From Chamaesiphon sp. (GTDB lineage Bacteria; Cyanobacteriota; Cyanobacteriia; Cyanobacteriales; Chamaesiphonaceae): a stretch of 64,000 nt of DNA. The notes under the pieces were generated by a model. It was not told the DNA's origin and searched no databases. It worked only from the letters and a program-made list of their open reading frames with translations. Each line of letters starts with the position of its first letter. Position 1 is the first letter of the stretch. The position numbers were made by a program, and so were the translations under genes. The DNA lies in the NCBI GenBank assembly GCA_965246715.1, contig CBDFFH010000041.1, forward strand, positions 64,001 to 128,000. Direction: 5' to 3'. Shown piece by piece: positions 1-9,536 of this stretch.

Positions 1-532
<532 letters not shown>

Positions 533-986
533 CTAGTCTCCATTACTTAATGTGGGCGATCTCAAACGAGAAGAACTATCTATAAAATTTCTGCTACGTC
601 TAGCATTATTCACTAACTTCCCCAGAAATGGGGGAAAAGTTACAATTCGATCTGGATTTTAAATTGCTTAATCTATTCTATAGGTTACTTAATATTCTCT
701 AGATCTGAATAATTCTGTCTCAAGTCACCACTATCAGCCTTAGTAATTTTTGTGTTCGTTTTAAGACTAATTTAGAACAATAACAAAAAATACTCGATCG
801 CAGTCACAGAGCAGGAAAGACGCAGAAAATCGATCGGAAATTGTGCCGATACCCTGTCGCAGTGGCTAGTAAGGTTCGGAGGTGACTGAGGAGAGCGGAA
901 GATTGGGACTCAAATGGCGTTATTCGGCCATAATTAGCGATCGAGATTGCCACTAACCGATCGAGAAATCCTAGAATAATCGTTAG

Positions 987-1043
987 TTTGTAAAAATTAG
1001 TTAAGTTTAGAAATATCGGGAGTTTTTGTAAAAATTAGTTAAG
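987..1043 (+). repeat. 19-bp perfect direct repeat TTTGTAAAAATTAGTTAAG x2 upstream of dut
   Basis: Copies at 987-1005 and 1025-1043. Confidence 0.9.
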
Positions 1044-1079
1044 CATGAGACGATCGAGTACGATAAAAATTGGTAAATT

Positions 1080-1709
1080 GTGAAGCCGAACCGAGGCGAG
1101 CGTAAGATTGTGATTTCAGTCGAATATGTCCTAGCAGATCCAGAATTTAGACCGCTCAGAGCCGTAGATAGAGCGGCGGCTTTGGATGTGAAGGCTTATT
1201 TACCATCGCCACCTCCAAATGATTTTTTGGAGTCTGTCTGCGCCCAGCGCGATATTTTCCTAGCTAAATACCCAGAAGGTTCGTTACATATTAATGGCAA
1301 GAAAGTCTCTGAAGATTTAACGATCGAGTTATTGCGGCAACATGAACCGCAACTGAGATTTTTTATCCTCGCTCCAGGCGAACAGAAAATCGTTAATGCG
1401 GGTTTCAAGGTTGGTTTGAGTACAGACGATCCTCAGAAGATTGCCACCATGCTGGTGTGCCCCAGAAGTGGCTTGGCATGCAAGAATTCGATTACGGTAA
1501 TTAATGGCCCAGGAATTGTGGACGAACACTATCCAGACTGGGTGGGAATTGGTTTAATCAATCATGGTAGAGATTTGCATCTATTTAGTCATGGTGCGAG
1601 AATCGCGCAGGTGATGTATCTAGAGGTGTGTGTGGCTCAAGAGCGGGTGGTAGATACGTTAACGACTGTGGGTGAACGCAAAGGTGGTTTTGGGCATACA
1701 GGGGTTTGA
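1080..1709 (+). CDS. dut: Trimeric dUTP diphosphatase with internal insertion
   Basis: Motifs AALDV, PRSGLA, GIVDEHY, RIAQ, RKGGFGHTG. Confidence 0.92.
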   Translation: MKPNRGERKIVISVEYVLADPEFRPLRAVDRAAALDVKAYLPSPPPNDFLESVCAQRDIFLAKYPEGSLHINGKKVSEDLTIELLRQHEPQLRFFILAPGEQKIVNAGFKVGLSTDDPQKIATMLVCPRSGLACKNSITVINGPGIVDEHYPDWVGIGLINHGRDLHLFSHGARIAQVMYLEVCVAQERVVDTLTTVGERKGGFGHTGV

Positions 1710-1720
1710 AGGTGCCATCT

Positions 1721-1805
1721 GTAGGTTGGGTAGAGCGAAGTGAAACCCAACATCCTCGACATCGATATTGATGGTTGTTGAGTTTCGTGCCTCAACCCAA
1801 CCTAC
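1721..1805. repeat. GTAG-type REP-like inverted element
   Basis: GTAGGTTGGG (1721-1730) ... CCCAACCTAC (1796-1805), with inner GAAACCCAAC/GTTGAGTTTC arms. Confidence 0.8.
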
Positions 1806-1834
1806 GAATCTTATTAATTCTCTCAACATCAACA

Positions 1835-2221
1835 ATGAATACTCAAGCTTTAATCAGAGAACTGAGAGAGATATATATCTCAAAATATCCTGAGTGTGAG
1901 GAAAAAATCGGGTACGGATCTTCACTCGCACAAATAGAATCAGCAATTACCAAAATTCGTCCGATTCCCAAAGCTTTGATTGATATTTATTCCTGTGTCG
2001 GCGGTGAGAATAGCGATCTTGACTATTGCCATGACTTTCCGGTTGCATGGTACCATCTGGTGTCTCTGGATCGGATAGACGGGACGATCGATCTTGATGA
2101 AGAACTGAGGCAATGGGAATGGGATGAGTTATTCAAAGATCTGATAGACATAGATTGGGATTTAGCTAAAGAGATTGCTAGCCAAATAGATCCTGAAATT
2201 GAAGACTATGACCATCCATAA
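1835..2221 (+). CDS. SMI1/KNR4 (SUKH)-like protein, possibly truncated
   Basis: ATG at 1835; GSSLAQIESA...IPKALIDIYSCVGG resembles the SUKH N-terminal motif; acidic C-terminus. Confidence 0.55.
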   Translation: MNTQALIRELREIYISKYPECEEKIGYGSSLAQIESAITKIRPIPKALIDIYSCVGGENSDLDYCHDFPVAWYHLVSLDRIDGTIDLDEELRQWEWDELFKDLIDIDWDLAKEIASQIDPEIEDYDHP

Positions 2222-2270
2222 TAGTTGAACAAAAAATATAATATTCTAACTTGAGAATTACGAATTATTC

Positions 2271-3206
2271 ATGAACGTAGTAGACAAAACATATTTGGAA
2301 ATCCTCGATCGAATCCTCTCTGAGGGAACCAGGGAAAAAAACCGTACGGGAACTGATACCATCTCGTTATTTGGACTGAGTTATCGGCTACCTGTAACTG
2401 CTCAAGCTTTCCCAATTTTGACTCATAAAAAGATTCAATGGCGCAGCTTAGTCACGGAAATGATTTGGTATCTATCGGGCGAGCCACATATTCGCAATCT
2501 CAAGCAATATACTAAAATTTGGGATGCTTGGAGCGATGCAGATGGCAATTTAGAAACTGCTTATGGTAGGTTTTGGCGATATTATCCAGTTCCCAATTAT
2601 GCAGCGCCAATTCGGCGCGGAGATAGCAACTATTTGTGCGACGGGGAGGTATTAGTTAATTTAGTTGATAGTAAATATCAGCACGATTTAGTTGTAGATG
2701 AAAAAGAGTCGATCGCGATCCCTTGTTTCGATCAATTACGATGGGCGATTGATGAATTAAAACGCAATCCTCGATCGCGTAGACTACACCTTACTGCTTG
2801 GTATCCACCGAATGCGACTATCAGTAAATTACCACCTTGTCATCATAGTTTTACGTTAAATTATCAAGGTGGTAAATTAAATTTACATCTCCAACAGCGA
2901 TCGTCAGATCATTGCGTGGGTAATCCTTTTAATCTAACTTGCTATTCACTGTTATTGTTACTGATTTGTAGAGAAGTTAAGCTCGAACCAGGCGATTTCT
3001 ATCATTCGATTACCGATGCACATGTATATGTGGATCATGTCGAACCTTATCGCAATGCTAGTCGGGAAGCTTATGAGCTGCCGCAATTAGATATGAGTCA
3101 ATTGGGAGATCGATCGATGTTCGATCTGACTTATGATGATATCGATCGGATTCAATTAGTCAATTATCAACATGGTGCCTTTATTAAATTACCAGTAGCA
3201 GTATAG
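2271..3206 (+). CDS. thyA: Thymidylate synthase ThyA
   Basis: NRTG, SRR, LPPCH catalytic Cys, QRSSD...PFN, DAHVY, C-terminal PVAV. Confidence 0.96.
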   Translation: MNVVDKTYLEILDRILSEGTREKNRTGTDTISLFGLSYRLPVTAQAFPILTHKKIQWRSLVTEMIWYLSGEPHIRNLKQYTKIWDAWSDADGNLETAYGRFWRYYPVPNYAAPIRRGDSNYLCDGEVLVNLVDSKYQHDLVVDEKESIAIPCFDQLRWAIDELKRNPRSRRLHLTAWYPPNATISKLPPCHHSFTLNYQGGKLNLHLQQRSSDHCVGNPFNLTCYSLLLLLICREVKLEPGDFYHSITDAHVYVDHVEPYRNASREAYELPQLDMSQLGDRSMFDLTYDDIDRIQLVNYQHGAFIKLPVAV

Positions 3207-3212
3207 ATAATT

Positions 3213-3779
3213 ATGCAAAAAATTCTAATTGCAGCGATCGATAAAGATGGCGGGATTGGTAAAGATGGTTATATGCCGTGGCATTATCCCGCCGATCTTA
3301 AGCTATTTATGAATCTAACGATGGGACATACGATCGTGATGGGACGTAAGACTTTTGATGGAATGTTCGCTCGGGATAAAGCACCTTTAAAGGGTCGGCA
3401 AAATGTAGTGATAACATCTCAGGCTAACGAGTGTCGATCGCGATTTGCAGCCGAGCATTCACCATTGCATCTGAATTTTACTACCGATATCAATTGTGGA
3501 GATATCGAGTTAAATCCAGACACTAAAATATTTTATTGTGGTGGAGCTAATATCTATCAACAGGTAATCCAAGGACTCGATCTCGATATCATCTATCTTT
3601 CTCGTCTGGAAGAAAGTTATAATTGTGATACTTTTTTTCCTCAAGATCCGCAGTCACTAGACAAAGAGTTTGAACCATATATTCCGCCATATCTTACCAA
3701 GAGTTTCTCAGATTGCATGTCAGGCAGTAAACCTTTCACTTTTCAAATTTATACGCCAAAACCACTGATAATTTACTAG
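3213..3779 (+). CDS. folA: Dihydrofolate reductase
   Basis: IGKDGYMPWHYPADL, VMGRKTF, PLKGRQNVVIT, GGANIY, CDTFFP; 6 nt after thyA. Confidence 0.95.
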   Translation: MQKILIAAIDKDGGIGKDGYMPWHYPADLKLFMNLTMGHTIVMGRKTFDGMFARDKAPLKGRQNVVITSQANECRSRFAAEHSPLHLNFTTDINCGDIELNPDTKIFYCGGANIYQQVIQGLDLDIIYLSRLEESYNCDTFFPQDPQSLDKEFEPYIPPYLTKSFSDCMSGSKPFTFQIYTPKPLIIY

Positions 3780-3839
3780 ATCGATCCTAAGTAACAAGTA
3801 TTGTATCGTCTAATATCTATAGCGATCGAAATTAATATT

Positions 3840-3864
3840 GGGGATAATTCATAAATTGCCCGTA
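3840..3864. repeat. Degenerate copy of GGGGCAATTCATGAATTGCCCCTAC REP-like palindrome
   Basis: GGGGATAATTCATAAATTGCCCGTA resembles 24680-24705. Confidence 0.6.
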
Positions 3865-4120
3865 TCATTAAGCTGACATGCTTTCAAATTGAGTATTCGA
3901 GCGTCGCTCGTTAAAGACCGATAGTAATCCTCAAATACTTACTGTGACTAACCACTGCCTCGATCGCTTGTAAACCCTCGGGGAACCCGAGGATTGCGCA
4001 TCGCTAGCCACTAGTCACTAGCCACTAAAACCATCATCCATAACTCGATTTAGATGTCGAACAGCTTAATTACTATTCCCTGTTCCCTGTCTTGATTCGC
4101 TATCCCCTATTCCCTAACTT

Positions 4121-4651
4121 ATGTACGATATCTCTTCGCGTCCGACTTGGGATGAATATTTCATGATGCTGGCAAAAGTAACCGCTACAAGATCGACATG
4201 TTTGGCATTTCCAGTCGGTGCGGTGGTAGTCAAAGATCGGCAGGTATTAGCAACTGGTTATAATGGTTCGCCATCGGGTTCGGAGCATTGTACGACATTG
4301 GGATACTGCTATCCTGAATTGAGTGCTTGTAATGCTAGTAAAACATTACCTTCGAGATCGGTACATGCCGAGGCAAATGCAATCGCCCAAGCGGCTAAGC
4401 ACGGAATTTCGACCAGTGGAGGGAGTATTTATGTCACTTTAGAACCATGTTTAACTTGTCTAAAACTGGTAATTTCAGCAGGAATTAAAGAAGTATTTTA
4501 TGAGACCAAATTTAATACGGGTGATAATGTCAAAGTTAGAGATTTATTTTTACAAGACGGCTTGATAAAACTCACCCAAATTCAAGTTTCGGAAGCAACA
4601 GCTCAACGAGCCGCAACATTTTTATTAAATCCAACTTCGGTAGAATCTTGA
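4121..4651 (+). CDS. dCMP deaminase (ComEB family)
   Basis: RPTWDEYFM, RSTC, TGYNG, HAEANA, PCLTC zinc motifs. Confidence 0.93.
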   Translation: MYDISSRPTWDEYFMMLAKVTATRSTCLAFPVGAVVVKDRQVLATGYNGSPSGSEHCTTLGYCYPELSACNASKTLPSRSVHAEANAIAQAAKHGISTSGGSIYVTLEPCLTCLKLVISAGIKEVFYETKFNTGDNVKVRDLFLQDGLIKLTQIQVSEATAQRAATFLLNPTSVES

Positions 4652-4709
4652 CTATAAGTTGGAAATATCTGTTGCTTAGTAAGCTATGAACATGGTACTA
4701 AAATTTAAA

Positions 4710-4742
4710 AAGGCGAGCTTATGAATACCATAAGCTCGCCTT
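4710..4742 (-). terminator. Intrinsic terminator between convergent genes
   Basis: 14-bp stem AAGGCGAGCTTATG/CATAAGCTCGCCTT, preceded by an A-run. Confidence 0.75.
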
Positions 4743-4800
4743 AGTTGGCGATCGAACGGGGCCATTAACTAAGCGAGATCGCTCTCACTCAAGCTAGTGA

Positions 4801-5510
4801 TTATTCTGTCTGAGCTGGGGCGATCAAACAGATGAGGTTATCATCTTTAATTTGAATCGCCTTACGTTCTTCGCGTAACTCTTTCATCAGGCGGGTGACT
4901 GTAACTCGCGTAGTCCCGATCGCGCTAGCAATTTGAGCGTGAGTGAGGGGAAAAGGCAGACAATAGCCTTCCTTGCAGGGTTCGCCAAAACTCTTCAATT
5001 AATAGTGTTAAATAGCCCAGTAAGCGTTCGATCGTGTGGCGTTGGCCGAGAGTATTTAGCCAGAGTAGTTTCCGTTGATGTTGGTAGCGGAAGGAATCTA
5101 AAATTTCCCGTCGGAAACTAGGGAAATTTTCCAATCGTGCCAATACATCCAGAAAATTGAAGTGTTGTCTGTATGTGCAAAAGCTTGGAGGGTAAACGGA
5201 GATCGATCGACGATTTCAAACGGCTGACCCGCCCCAACAAAGCCGAGGAAAGTTTTCATCGCCACTTTGAAGCTGAAATTCGATCGGGGTAGTATTTTGG
5301 TGAGGATATGGAGTTGGTTCTGTTTCAGCACATCCAGTCAGTCGGATCGTCCCCCGTTGGACTAGATACAATAAACCTGCACGGGTCGGAATTTGAGCAT
5401 CTTTACTAAACGTTCGATAGCGATAGTGCTCTTGTGCCCAATCTAGCAAGCGATGCCAGGTTTGAGAACGAGCGAGCATTATTTTTTGGTGGGGTAGATG
5501 GTGAGTGCAT
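4801..5510 (-). pseudogene. Crp/Fnr family regulator with about 4 single-base frameshifts (possibly sequencing error)
   Basis: Pieces WHRLLDWAQEHY / FLGFVGAGQPFEI / LENFPSFRREILD / LTHAQIASAIGTTRVTVTRLM lie in successive frames; ATG at 5510. Confidence 0.85.
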
Positions 5511-5594
5511 ATCAAACCAGCAGAACGGCTCGTGATTTTCAATGATTCTACATGTATTTTGATGTAGTGAATCATTTTTATTGTAGTCTGGAGT

Positions 5595-6659
5595 ATGTTC
5601 GATCTCAGCGATCGAGTCTTTGGTATGCGGATTTTTCCTTTGTCAGAATCGATTTTACTACCATTAGCACCAACAATTGCTGGCACGATTGCTGAATATC
5701 TGCGGTTGGTAACTATAAAATATTACACAGCTCGACCTCAAAATGAAGATACTCCGGCTATCTGGGCAGATCGGGATCTACTAAGGCCAGCGGAAAAGCT
5801 CCACCAACGGACTAGTGACAGCTCAGCAAGCGACTCATCCATAAATTTACGGATCGAACTACCGATAAGGCGAGTCCCAACATCACAATACCAGTATGTC
5901 AGCCCGATCGCCCATCGATTAGCCGCAAAATTACGATCGACACCATTAGAGATTTGCCAAAATCTACCATTGCCGGTTCAAGCTGGAGTAATTGGTAATC
6001 TTGACAATCTGGAAATGGATGTTTGGTATGACGAATCTGGCTACATTTACTTTCAACTCCATCCGCGATCGATCGTGACTTGGCTCAATTATCTACACGA
6101 CTTGCCACGCGATGCTCTGCCACCGCCGATTTCGCTGCCAGAATCTGTCATCGATCGAGAATTCGATCCCTCATCTTTGTCAGTCGCGATCTATGCACAC
6201 GCTCGATGCTGCTCGGTGCTGGCACTGGCGCGCACCGATCGATTAATCTCGCTGTCTGCTACTTGGCAGATTACAACCCCCAACTGGTTGGTTTGCCACT
6301 TCCCACCACAGCACACATGCGATCTCAGTCACTCGAAAAATCGGCTCATACCACAACCAACGCTAATTTTTGAGCACTCAGTCGAAGAGCGGCTAATTCA
6401 TGCCTTAATGGACGTTTTGGATGGAGTCTGGAGCGTACGCAGTGAAGAAGGAGTCAAAATAGCCAAATTTCACAGATTTGCGCTCGATCTCGCTCGATCT
6501 TGGTTGGATTTTCATCGCCATTGTCAGATTTTTGGCACTACCAAACGTCAAAACCCACATTTAGCAATTGCTAGATGTGGGTTAACCGCGATCTGTCGTC
6601 ACTATTTACAAGCGTTGTTGAAAGATTATCTCGAAATTACAGCACCAACGGAGTTGTGA
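5595..6659 (+). CDS. DALR anticodon-binding domain protein (ArgRS-like, no catalytic core)
   Basis: YAHARCCSVL, FHRHCQIFG, ARCGL...APTEL; start uncertain (5595 or 5625). Confidence 0.8.
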   Translation: MFDLSDRVFGMRIFPLSESILLPLAPTIAGTIAEYLRLVTIKYYTARPQNEDTPAIWADRDLLRPAEKLHQRTSDSSASDSSINLRIELPIRRVPTSQYQYVSPIAHRLAAKLRSTPLEICQNLPLPVQAGVIGNLDNLEMDVWYDESGYIYFQLHPRSIVTWLNYLHDLPRDALPPPISLPESVIDREFDPSSLSVAIYAHARCCSVLALARTDRLISLSATWQITTPNWLVCHFPPQHTCDLSHSKNRLIPQPTLIFEHSVEERLIHALMDVLDGVWSVRSEEGVKIAKFHRFALDLARSWLDFHRHCQIFGTTKRQNPHLAIARCGLTAICRHYLQALLKDYLEITAPTEL

Positions 6660-6704
6660 AGGAATTAAGGATAGTTTAGATCTAGCCCCGCTCTAACACG
6701 AAGA

Positions 6705-6738
6705 GAAGCAAGAGTTTTGGCAACTAAACTCTTGCTTC
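6705..6738. terminator. Hairpin between convergent genes
   Basis: GAAGCAAGAGTTT/AAACTCTTGCTTC. Confidence 0.6.
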
Positions 6739-6758
6739 ATAAGTCATAACTCCCAATC

Positions 6759-7361
6759 TTATTCATCGCCAACCATTGCCGAGCGACCTTGTTTGCCGAG
6801 CCGGACGACTAAAAAGTAAACTAAATACAAGCTATAAATAATCAATCCAACAATTCCGATAAACCCAAGAAATTCTGGTTTGGAGTTGGCGTGAAAAATG
6901 TGATAATAAAGCCAAGATGGTTGAAACCACGACTGACAATAATCTGTGTTGATGCCACTAAATGCACAAGATAAAAATGGAATTACCGCGATCGCGCTGA
7001 GGGCAGAATAAGCCGTAGTCGCCCATCGCCAAGAAGTAAATCCTAACTTAAGCGAACTCGGTGGTAGATCGGCAATTTCTTCATTGAGATCCGCCCAAAA
7101 CCACAGTGAGAGTGGAATCATCGTCTGCGCTACAAACGAAGCGATATAACTAATCGACACCGAACCGATCGCTAAGTATACGGCGATCGCGAGTAAACTA
7201 GATACTCGCCAATAGATAATTAGTAGCTTTTGAATGACTGGTGCTTTTTGTGCGAAGGCCCACAATAGTAAAATCAGTGGGATGAGGACTGTAAATATTA
7301 CTGCTAACCGAAAATCCATCCAGATTAACGGTTGAAACCACAATTGAGATTGACTGGGCAT
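6759..7361 (-). CDS. DUF3177-family membrane protein
   Basis: WMDFRLAVIFTV...IYWRVSSLLAI...LWFWADLNEEI...RLGKQGRSA. Confidence 0.8.
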   Translation of the reverse strand: MPSQSQLWFQPLIWMDFRLAVIFTVLIPLILLLWAFAQKAPVIQKLLIIYWRVSSLLAIAVYLAIGSVSISYIASFVAQTMIPLSLWFWADLNEEIADLPPSSLKLGFTSWRWATTAYSALSAIAVIPFLSCAFSGINTDYCQSWFQPSWLYYHIFHANSKPEFLGFIGIVGLIIYSLYLVYFLVVRLGKQGRSAMVGDE

Positions 7362-7382
7362 AGAAATTAAAAATGATAAATT

Positions 7383-8447
7383 ATGACCTACTTCTCCCCT
7401 AATTATTTTACAGCGCGATCGCGATGGCGACGCGCTGCCAAGCTATTGGGGTGTCGGCTAGAGTCCCATGAGATTGACGCAGTAGCACCGATTAATGACA
7501 ATCTTACGATCGATGTCGCCATGTATGGTAATCCACTGGCAAATCGGGCACTAGTAATTTCGAGTGGACTGCATGGAATTGAAGGTTTATTTGGTGCGGC
7601 GGTACAGTTGGCGCTATTAGAACGGTATTTACCAGATTATCCATTGCCACAGGAGCTAGCAATTATCGTCATTCATATGCTCAATCCTTTTGGGTGTGCA
7701 TGGTATCGACGGTGGAATGAAGATAATATCGACCTCAATCGGAATTTTCTGTTAGCAGGCGAGGCTTATCGTGGTTGTCCCGAGGCTTATCCCCAATTAA
7801 ATAATTTCCTCAATCCGCAATCTCCACCCTCCAGATTTGAGCCATTTTTACTTAAATCGCTGGGTATTATCGATCGATATGGGATGTCAAACCTCAAAAA
7901 CACGCTACCAGTCGGACAGTATGAGTTTCCGCAAGGGTTATTTTTTGGCGGGAGGGCACCATCGCAAACGCAGAAAATCTTAACCGCTCATCTAGGAAGA
8001 TGGTTGGGTGTATCGCAGCAGGTAATTCATCTCGACTTACATTCAGGCTTGGGTAAGTGGGGGACTTATAAACTATTTGCCGAAGTTACTAAAAATTCTC
8101 CACGCAGTCAAGTGTTGCAACAACAATTTGGGAGCGATCGAGTTTTAACTCTCGATCCTGGCGATTTAGTTTATCAGTCGCGGGGGACTTTTGGGCAATG
8201 GTGTCAGGCATCGTATCCCCATCTCGCCTATGATTTTCTCCTGGCAGAGTTTGGTACTTACTCGATGCTACGCGTTCTCAAAGCGTTGCGCGCCGAAAAT
8301 CGCGCTTATTGGTGGGGACAACCAGAGGAGCGATCCTATCAGTGGGCGAAGCAGGAGTTAGCAGAAGTATTTGTTCCACAAGATCGACGGTGGCGAGAGC
8401 GTTCGCTGGAACAGGGAGTGGAGTTATGCCTCAATTCGATTAAATGA
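7383..8447 (+). CDS. M14-like metallopeptidase (DUF2817)
   Basis: SGLHGIEG, NPFG, DLNRNF, DLHSGLG, EFGT. Confidence 0.85.
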   Translation: MTYFSPNYFTARSRWRRAAKLLGCRLESHEIDAVAPINDNLTIDVAMYGNPLANRALVISSGLHGIEGLFGAAVQLALLERYLPDYPLPQELAIIVIHMLNPFGCAWYRRWNEDNIDLNRNFLLAGEAYRGCPEAYPQLNNFLNPQSPPSRFEPFLLKSLGIIDRYGMSNLKNTLPVGQYEFPQGLFFGGRAPSQTQKILTAHLGRWLGVSQQVIHLDLHSGLGKWGTYKLFAEVTKNSPRSQVLQQQFGSDRVLTLDPGDLVYQSRGTFGQWCQASYPHLAYDFLLAEFGTYSMLRVLKALRAENRAYWWGQPEERSYQWAKQELAEVFVPQDRRWRERSLEQGVELCLNSIK

Positions 8448-8601
8448 GAGCGATCTGATGTGTTTATTCACCATCGCTATCCCTAATGAGTAAACACGAT
8501 CGAATAACATCGCGTAACGAACGGTGTAAATCCTGCACCGTTTACCCTCATTCCTGGTTATTTCACTTACATTGGGGAATGATGATTATCAATTATCTTT
8601 G

Positions 8602-9504
8602 ATGTTATATTTGTCGCAATTCTGGAAATTTTCCCGCCCCCATACGATTATTGGCACGAGTCTGAGCGTTTTTGCGCTGTATGCGATTGCACTTGCCACT
8701 ACGAATAGTTCGATCGATGTAGCGAATGCAGTGCAACTTTTGGGCACTTGGATCGCTTGTTTGTGCGGTAATGTATATATCGTCGGATTGAATCAACTGT
8801 ATGACATCGAGATCGATCGGATCAATAAACCCGATCTACCTTTAGCTAGTGGGAAGTTTTCAGTTACACAAGGAAAATGGATTATTGGCATTACAGGTAT
8901 TTTAGCGATCGTGTTATCAGCTCTGTTAGGTAGGTGGTTATTCGCAACCGTACTGACAAGTTTAGCGATCGGTACGGCTTATTCTGTTCCACCGATTAGG
9001 TTCAAACAATTTCCCTTGATGGCGGCTATTTGTATTTTGACAGTTCGTGGTTGCATCGTCAATTTGGGCATCTTTTCACATTTCAATCGAGTTCTGATTG
9101 GTACCGATAACTTACCTTCGAGTATCTGGATTCTCACGCTATTTATTCTAGTATTTACAATCGCGATCGCAATTTTCAAAGATGTACCCGATCTCGAAGG
9201 CGATCGCAAGTATCAAATTCAGACATTTACATTAACATTAGGTAAGCCAGCCGTGTTTAATATCACGCGAGGGGCGATTACTTTGGCTTATATATTAACG
9301 ATCGGTGCGGGCGTACTCCTGTTACCAACAGTTAATCCTTGGTTCTTTGTGGGGTCGCATACAGCTTTAATGGGATTATTATGGTGGCGCAGTCAAGATA
9401 TCGATCTCGAAGCGCAACGATCGATCGCTAATTTTTATCAGTTTATTTGGAAGTTATTTTTTCTAGAGTATCTGGTTTTTCCGATCGCCTGTTTCATTAA
9501 TTAA
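8602..9504 (+). CDS. hpt: Homogentisate phytyltransferase
   Basis: KFSRPHTIIGT, NQLYDIEIDRINKP, KDVPDLEGD, FYQFIWKLF. Confidence 0.93.
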   Translation: MLYLSQFWKFSRPHTIIGTSLSVFALYAIALATTNSSIDVANAVQLLGTWIACLCGNVYIVGLNQLYDIEIDRINKPDLPLASGKFSVTQGKWIIGITGILAIVLSALLGRWLFATVLTSLAIGTAYSVPPIRFKQFPLMAAICILTVRGCIVNLGIFSHFNRVLIGTDNLPSSIWILTLFILVFTIAIAIFKDVPDLEGDRKYQIQTFTLTLGKPAVFNITRGAITLAYILTIGAGVLLLPTVNPWFFVGSHTALMGLLWWRSQDIDLEAQRSIANFYQFIWKLFFLEYLVFPIACFIN

Positions 9505-9536
9505 GTTTTGTCAAACTAGTACGCGAGGAGCGAGTC

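Noticed and set aside
1080..4651. Prophage or DNA-hypermodification locus
   Set aside because: No integrase, structural or glycosyltransferase genes, and ThyA keeps the Asn typical of dUMP-specific enzymes.
4801..5510. Programmed frameshifting or phase variation
   Set aside because: Several mixed-sign indels in short runs fit error or decay better.
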